Of a stretch of 32,000 nucleotides of DNA, positions 27,916 through 32,000 are shown piece after piece. Origin of the DNA: Trichodesmium erythraeum IMS101 (lineage in GTDB: Bacteria > Cyanobacteriota > Cyanobacteriia > Cyanobacteriales > Microcoleaceae); assembly GCF_000014265.1 (NCBI RefSeq), contig NC_008312.1, forward strand, positions 2,520,001 to 2,552,000, in the 5' to 3' direction. The notes beneath the pieces were generated by a model. That model was not told the DNA's origin and did no database searches. It worked only from the letters and a program-made list of their open reading frames with translations. A program made the translations under genes and the position numbers. The number at the start of each line of letters is the position of its first letter. Within the stretch, counting starts at the first letter, position 1.

Positions 27916-28536
27916 TTATAAACGATTTCTCCAAATTGAAACCTGTCCTAGCGCCCGATTTCTTAAATAGTTTTCTGGTGATAAATCAACCAATTCTAAT
28001 ATAGCTGATTCTTGGGTTTTTCCTTTGTCTAAAATTCTCAGCCAAAGAGTTTCTGGAAGTATTGGTAATTGATTAATTACAATTAGATTTGTTTTCCATC
28101 CTACTGGAGAAATATAAACTCCTGTAATCTGATTGACTGGGTTAAGCTGAAAACCAAAACTATTAATTAATTTCTCAGAAGTAGCAGTAGCTATAATCAA
28201 TAAAGAAGGTAAATCAATTTCATTAATCAATTCTTGGTTCTCTGTGGCTTCTCGCTGCAATTCACTCTGAATATAAAATAACTTCAGCAAACAATTACGA
28301 ACTTCATTCAAGGTAAGTTTATGCCGAAATGTTTCAATTAAACAATCACTCAATAATATTTTACTTAAAATTCCTAAATTAAGACTAGAAATAGGAGGTT
28401 TTGAGGCAGGAGAAAAATAAATATCTGCTTGTCTCCCCTCCCCAGCTAACTCTCGACTAATTTCGACTTGACCAAAAGGTGAAAGCAATTCTTTGAGGTA
28501 TTGTTTTGCAAATTTATCCTGGAGTTGTATTGTCAT
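27916..28536 (-). CDS. Conserved cyanobacterial hypothetical protein (multi-copy family, possibly PD-(D/E)XK / Rpn-like)
   Basis: The N-terminus DKFAKQYLKELLSPFGQVEISRELAGEGRQADIYFSP and the C-terminal ...IVINQLPILPETLWLRILDKGKTQESAILEL... resemble, from my recollection, a family that is repeated many times in cyanobacterial genomes. The functional assignment is an inference. Confidence 0.6.
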   Translation of the reverse strand: MTIQLQDKFAKQYLKELLSPFGQVEISRELAGEGRQADIYFSPASKPPISSLNLGILSKILLSDCLIETFRHKLTLNEVRNCLLKLFYIQSELQREATENQELINEIDLPSLLIIATATSEKLINSFGFQLNPVNQITGVYISPVGWKTNLIVINQLPILPETLWLRILDKGKTQESAILELVDLSPENYLRNRALGQVSIWRNRL

Positions 28537-28656
28537 TATATTTTCAGTTTCTGTTTAGTAATTCTACAGTTTTACGGAAGTTAAGTAGTCGTGCATTCAT
28601 CCATTTATGCATCAATATTCAATCGGATAAAAACTTTGACTCACTCAGTAATTTAA

Positions 28657-28997
28657 GGAAATTATTTAACATTTCAGCTATATTTAATTAGTATAGCTTA
28701 AGTGAATAACATGGACATTATAATTATTAATAAATAGTCAAGTTTTTTTGAGTAAAAACTCTCTCCTTATATGTTGAGAGCTCAAATAAACTAAGACTAA
28801 ATTTTACCTTTTAGTTTTTCTGTTTTGACTATTCATTTTTGATTACTCTAAGAGTTTATTCTGTGACGCTACATTAGTTTCAGGAAATTATTCTACATTT
28901 CAGCTATATTGAATCAGTATAGCCTAAGTTAATAAAATTGTTATGAAAATTATCAATAAATAGTCAAAATTTTTTGAGTAAAAACTATCTCCCTACA
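28657..28997. repeat. Tandem A1-B1-A2 copies of the SGNH-tail-derived repeat (unit ~226 bp)
   Basis: A1 (28657-28770) and A2 (28883-28997) are ~85% identical (ggaaattatt..acatttcagctatatt.aat.agtatagc.taagt...aataaatagtcaa..tttttgagtaaaaact.tctcc.ta). B1 (28771-28882) matches 27576-27700 at roughly 75%. Confidence 0.8.
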
Positions 28998-29832
28998 AAG
29001 CGGGCATTTTCATTCTCGGCGAGCGAAAAAAAAATCAAGGGCTCTTTTGTTATTTCTATTAAAAAATAGTGCTTAGTTTTTCTGTCAAGATATTATGGTT
29101 AAAAGTATACTTTAAAATTTAAAAAAAATTAATCATTTTTACCTAGAGATAAAAATATCAAAATCAAGTATTATTAACCATAATTTTCTTAAGTATTTTC
29201 ACAGTAAATAGTAGTTATAAACAGATTAATTGTTTAGTAAAATTCATCCTTGGTAAACTGATAAATATCTTAAATATATCCTCAAAAAAAGGCACCTTAA
29301 TATAGTACTCTTAGGAACGATAATCTATTGTTTTCAAAGTAGGTGCATAAGTTTTGGAACTCAAAAATAGAGAAAGTTATTCTCAAACAACTATCAAAAT
29401 CAATATCAATTAAATTAATATTTAGCAATATTAGGGATAAAACACAATTATTGTTATCAAAATTGAATACTAACTTTATAGAAAAATAACGTTATGAACC
29501 CTATGGTTTGAGTTTACCTACTCTAGTTTGACGTGAAGTATATAATAAAAGGTTTAGTCTCACATATAAGTATAACTAATTTTATATACCTGGTTAACTA
29601 TATCCTAATACGGTTCAGATAAGACCAAAACTATTATGATATGAAACCATAATTAGAAGGTCACTACTATTACAGAATTGCAAAAAAAACCTTGGCTGAA
29701 ATTTATTAAATTATATCCAATTCTAATATATGAGTAAAGCTCATCAGCTAACCTTAGGAGTTAGTTAAATATGTTCAAAAAGATGTTTGCGTAGCATGAC
29801 CAAGGAAAATCTGAATAGTTACTATTACTTAT

Positions 29833-31668
29833 TTAATTACCTAATAAAACACTAATATTTTCACCATTTTTGTTGACTATATAAATACCAGGAATTTGAT
29901 AAAATTTAGTTGTATTTGTATCTAATGCCCAAGCCTTTATATAAATATTTCCTTGGGGAAACCTATGAGTAGATAATACTTTTTGCCATCCTGATTTAAA
30001 ATATTTTTGACTCTTAAATTCTTTGACAAGGTTAGGTCTTGACATTGTCATATCTGCCACAGCAGAAACAATAGGTTCACCTTGCCAATTATCATAACTA
30101 AGCACTATTGCATCTACAGGTAAATTTGTATCAGTAAATATTGCCCAACCAGTTGCTAATAAATTATTAGCCCCAATAAATTCTAGCTTTTCAAAAGTAC
30201 CTTCTACTTGTCTACTATTATTCGTGTCTATTAACTCTGGAATTTGATTAGTCTTGATTAAGCCAGGATCTAAAAAGCCTAATTCTGTTAAGTAATGCGC
30301 CCGTTGTTTTATATATTCAAAATAGTAAGAATCAATTAGATTTTGACAGTTGTCATGAGTAAAATCAATTAGTAGTAAACAGCCTTTATATTTCAAAAAA
30401 TCTTGTTTCCATAACTTCATCTTTTCTACACTATAGGTGAAATTATGTACTTGTATAACAGTTATTATACCAATAAACCAGCAAATAACTTTCGAGAATA
30501 AACTTCTATTAATTAAAAAAGAATATTTTTTAATAGCATCTTCTCCCACAATTATCATTAAATGAATTATAGAGATAATAATGTATGTTGAAAATGTTGT
30601 ATATCTTGATGAAAGAGCTTGATCTATACCAAGTGTTACTCGACCAAATGATGTAACTAAAGCACTAATAACTGTATATGAACCAAGCATAATCCAGCTA
30701 ATAGTTTTATCTCGTAATTCATAGTCTTTAATATGCCATATTACATAAGAAAATAAACCAATAAATAGAATAATAATTACTGCGCCAAGAATAATTGAAT
30801 TATTTAGAGGTTGTATACTACTACCAATTCCTAGAGAACTACCTAAAAATGCTAGAAAATATTGGAAAGTTTGATCTGGATATTGAAGTGATTCTAATGG
30901 ACTAGGGTGAGATAATGGTTTTTGATAATCATGAAAGTAAAAGGTTATATTAGCTATAAATCCAATTATCCAAAACAGATATAAAATTATATTTTTCCTG
31001 ATCTCTGACCAAGATTTTAGTTTGACTAAAGCTAGTATTGGTAAAACTATTACCCAAGCTAATAAACCATTAGCATAAGAAAAAGTGCTGATGGTTGATA
31101 AGGCCATACAAATTAAAATTTTGGCTATATTATTTAGTGGAGAATAAGCAATTAATATACAGGTAGTAATGCAGACTATAGGAGTAAAAACGACTATTTG
31201 AATACCCCACAACCAATTTTCATATTGAACAGCAGAAAAGATGAATATATTAGATATTAATGCTATGGTTATACTTTTAATATGCGAACCAGATATTGTT
31301 AGTCTATTTAACAGATAAATATTTACAGAAACTATACAGGCTAGTAAAAATGTAACTAACATTTCATATCTAATATTCCATTTAGTGATCAATGCTAAGG
31401 TCAGAAAAATTAGCCGGGGAAAAAATTTTCTACTTTCATTATGTTGTGCTATTAAATCATTAAAAGATAGGGTTCCTTGATTGAATTTTTCAAAAATAGC
31501 AGAGATTTGCCATTGGTCTTGAATTGGTACATTAATACTATATTTAAGGATAAGAATTCCTAAAACTATAGCTGGAATTATTGCTAGACATAAACTGATG
31601 CCTAAAATTAATCTATAACTTAATTTATAATTATTTTTTTGCATATTTTTGTGGAGATTATATTTCAA
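29833..31668 (-). CDS. Large polytopic membrane protein with a C-terminal soluble domain (GT-C-type glycosyltransferase-like, putative)
   Basis: 611 aa with ~12 or more hydrophobic helices over the first ~420 aa, then a ~190-aa hydrophilic domain. Very AT-rich codon usage. The family is not confidently recognised; the architecture resembles ArnT/PMT-like or polymerase-like envelope enzymes. Confidence 0.65.
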   Translation of the reverse strand: MKYNLHKNMQKNNYKLSYRLILGISLCLAIIPAIVLGILILKYSINVPIQDQWQISAIFEKFNQGTLSFNDLIAQHNESRKFFPRLIFLTLALITKWNIRYEMLVTFLLACIVSVNIYLLNRLTISGSHIKSITIALISNIFIFSAVQYENWLWGIQIVVFTPIVCITTCILIAYSPLNNIAKILICMALSTISTFSYANGLLAWVIVLPILALVKLKSWSEIRKNIILYLFWIIGFIANITFYFHDYQKPLSHPSPLESLQYPDQTFQYFLAFLGSSLGIGSSIQPLNNSIILGAVIIILFIGLFSYVIWHIKDYELRDKTISWIMLGSYTVISALVTSFGRVTLGIDQALSSRYTTFSTYIIISIIHLMIIVGEDAIKKYSFLINRSLFSKVICWFIGIITVIQVHNFTYSVEKMKLWKQDFLKYKGCLLLIDFTHDNCQNLIDSYYFEYIKQRAHYLTELGFLDPGLIKTNQIPELIDTNNSRQVEGTFEKLEFIGANNLLATGWAIFTDTNLPVDAIVLSYDNWQGEPIVSAVADMTMSRPNLVKEFKSQKYFKSGWQKVLSTHRFPQGNIYIKAWALDTNTTKFYQIPGIYIVNKNGENISVLLGN

Positions 31669-31760
31669 TACGCTTCAGTTAATATTTTTTTGGCAATTCT
31701 GTAACCTGAAAAGCTCATGATAAATTAGATACACAAACAATTCTGTCTACCTATTTAAAA

Positions 31761-31787
31761 AGCTAATAGCTAACAGCTAACAGTTAT
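31761..31787. repeat. Heptamer tract (AGCTAAC-type)
   Basis: agctaat agctaac agctaac agttat, in the divergent intergenic region between the membrane protein gene and the next + strand gene. Confidence 0.7.
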
Positions 31788-31875
31788 ATGTTATATTAAT
31801 CTCTTACTGATTAGTAATCTAGATTCACTTTGCTTAAATCAAGCAAAAATATTCATCTCGCAAAACTAAAACTTA

Positions 31876-32000
31876 ATGATGAAAAAGATTTTTTCTCTCC
31901 TCCGTCAAACAGTAATTATCTCTTTAATAACATTTGGATTCACAGAAGTTGTATTCAGAATTTACCACAAAATTAATCCTTCATTTATGTTTTATGACCC
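31876..32000 (+). CDS. 5' end of a gene running off the window; the N-terminal TM resembles the N-terminus of the SGNH-like protein at 26360
   Basis: ATGATG at 31876 gives MMKKIFSLLRQTVIISLITFGFTEVVFRIYHKINPSFMFYD, open to the window edge. Compare ...LLLVEILMIFFEPYLFKGLYQYD in the 405-aa protein. Confidence 0.45.
   Translation, partial: MMKKIFSLLRQTVIISLITFGFTEVVFRIYHKINPSFMFYD

Noticed and set aside
1-32000. tRNA, rRNA, tmRNA or RNase P genes.
   Set aside because: No cloverleaf-compatible GC-rich ~75-nt segment or rRNA-like conserved block was noticed in the intergenic regions. A tRNAscan/Infernal run would be needed to exclude them formally.

Overview
AT-rich cyanobacterial chromosomal DNA. 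I located at least 11 exact HIP1 octamers (GCGATCGC) by eye and many tandem heptamer (STRR-like) tracts, which points to a filamentous or heterocystous (Nostocales-type) genome; that placement is an inference. Recognisable core genes are ribD, a PNP/UDP-family phosphorylase, a Crp-family regulator, the iron-stress cluster isiA - isiB (flavodoxin) - alpha/beta hydrolase, a Ser/Thr kinase, a CHASE-domain histidine kinase, cobH/cbiC and mfd. The right end (26.3-32 kb) is visibly more AT-rich and looks like an envelope or polysaccharide-modification cluster: an SGNH/AlgJ-like hydrolase, a large polytopic membrane protein, and the start of a second SGNH-like gene. The most unusual locus is at the left end (1-4515, minus strand). 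It is a tightly packed operon encoding an Hsp70 nucleotide-binding domain fused to about 12 TPR repeats, then an acidic, tail-anchored papain-like cysteine peptidase, then a 178-aa unknown protein. The Hsp70-TPR gene is broken by one in-frame TAG and one frameshift in a C7 homopolymer. Immediately upstream lies an IS graveyard: an IS1-like zinc-ribbon fragment and a triple-lesion IS5/DDE_Tnp_4 transposase pseudogene. Other unexplained structure: a MITE-like dispersed repeat present twice; a perfect 67-bp tandem duplication spanning the mfd stop codon; a ~145-bp tandem repeat pair and an orphan near-consensus promoter in a 2-kb gene desert; and a 226-bp repeat family derived from the 3' tail of the SGNH gene. 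I recognised no rRNA, tRNA or CRISPR array. All domain calls come from motif recognition by eye, not from searches.
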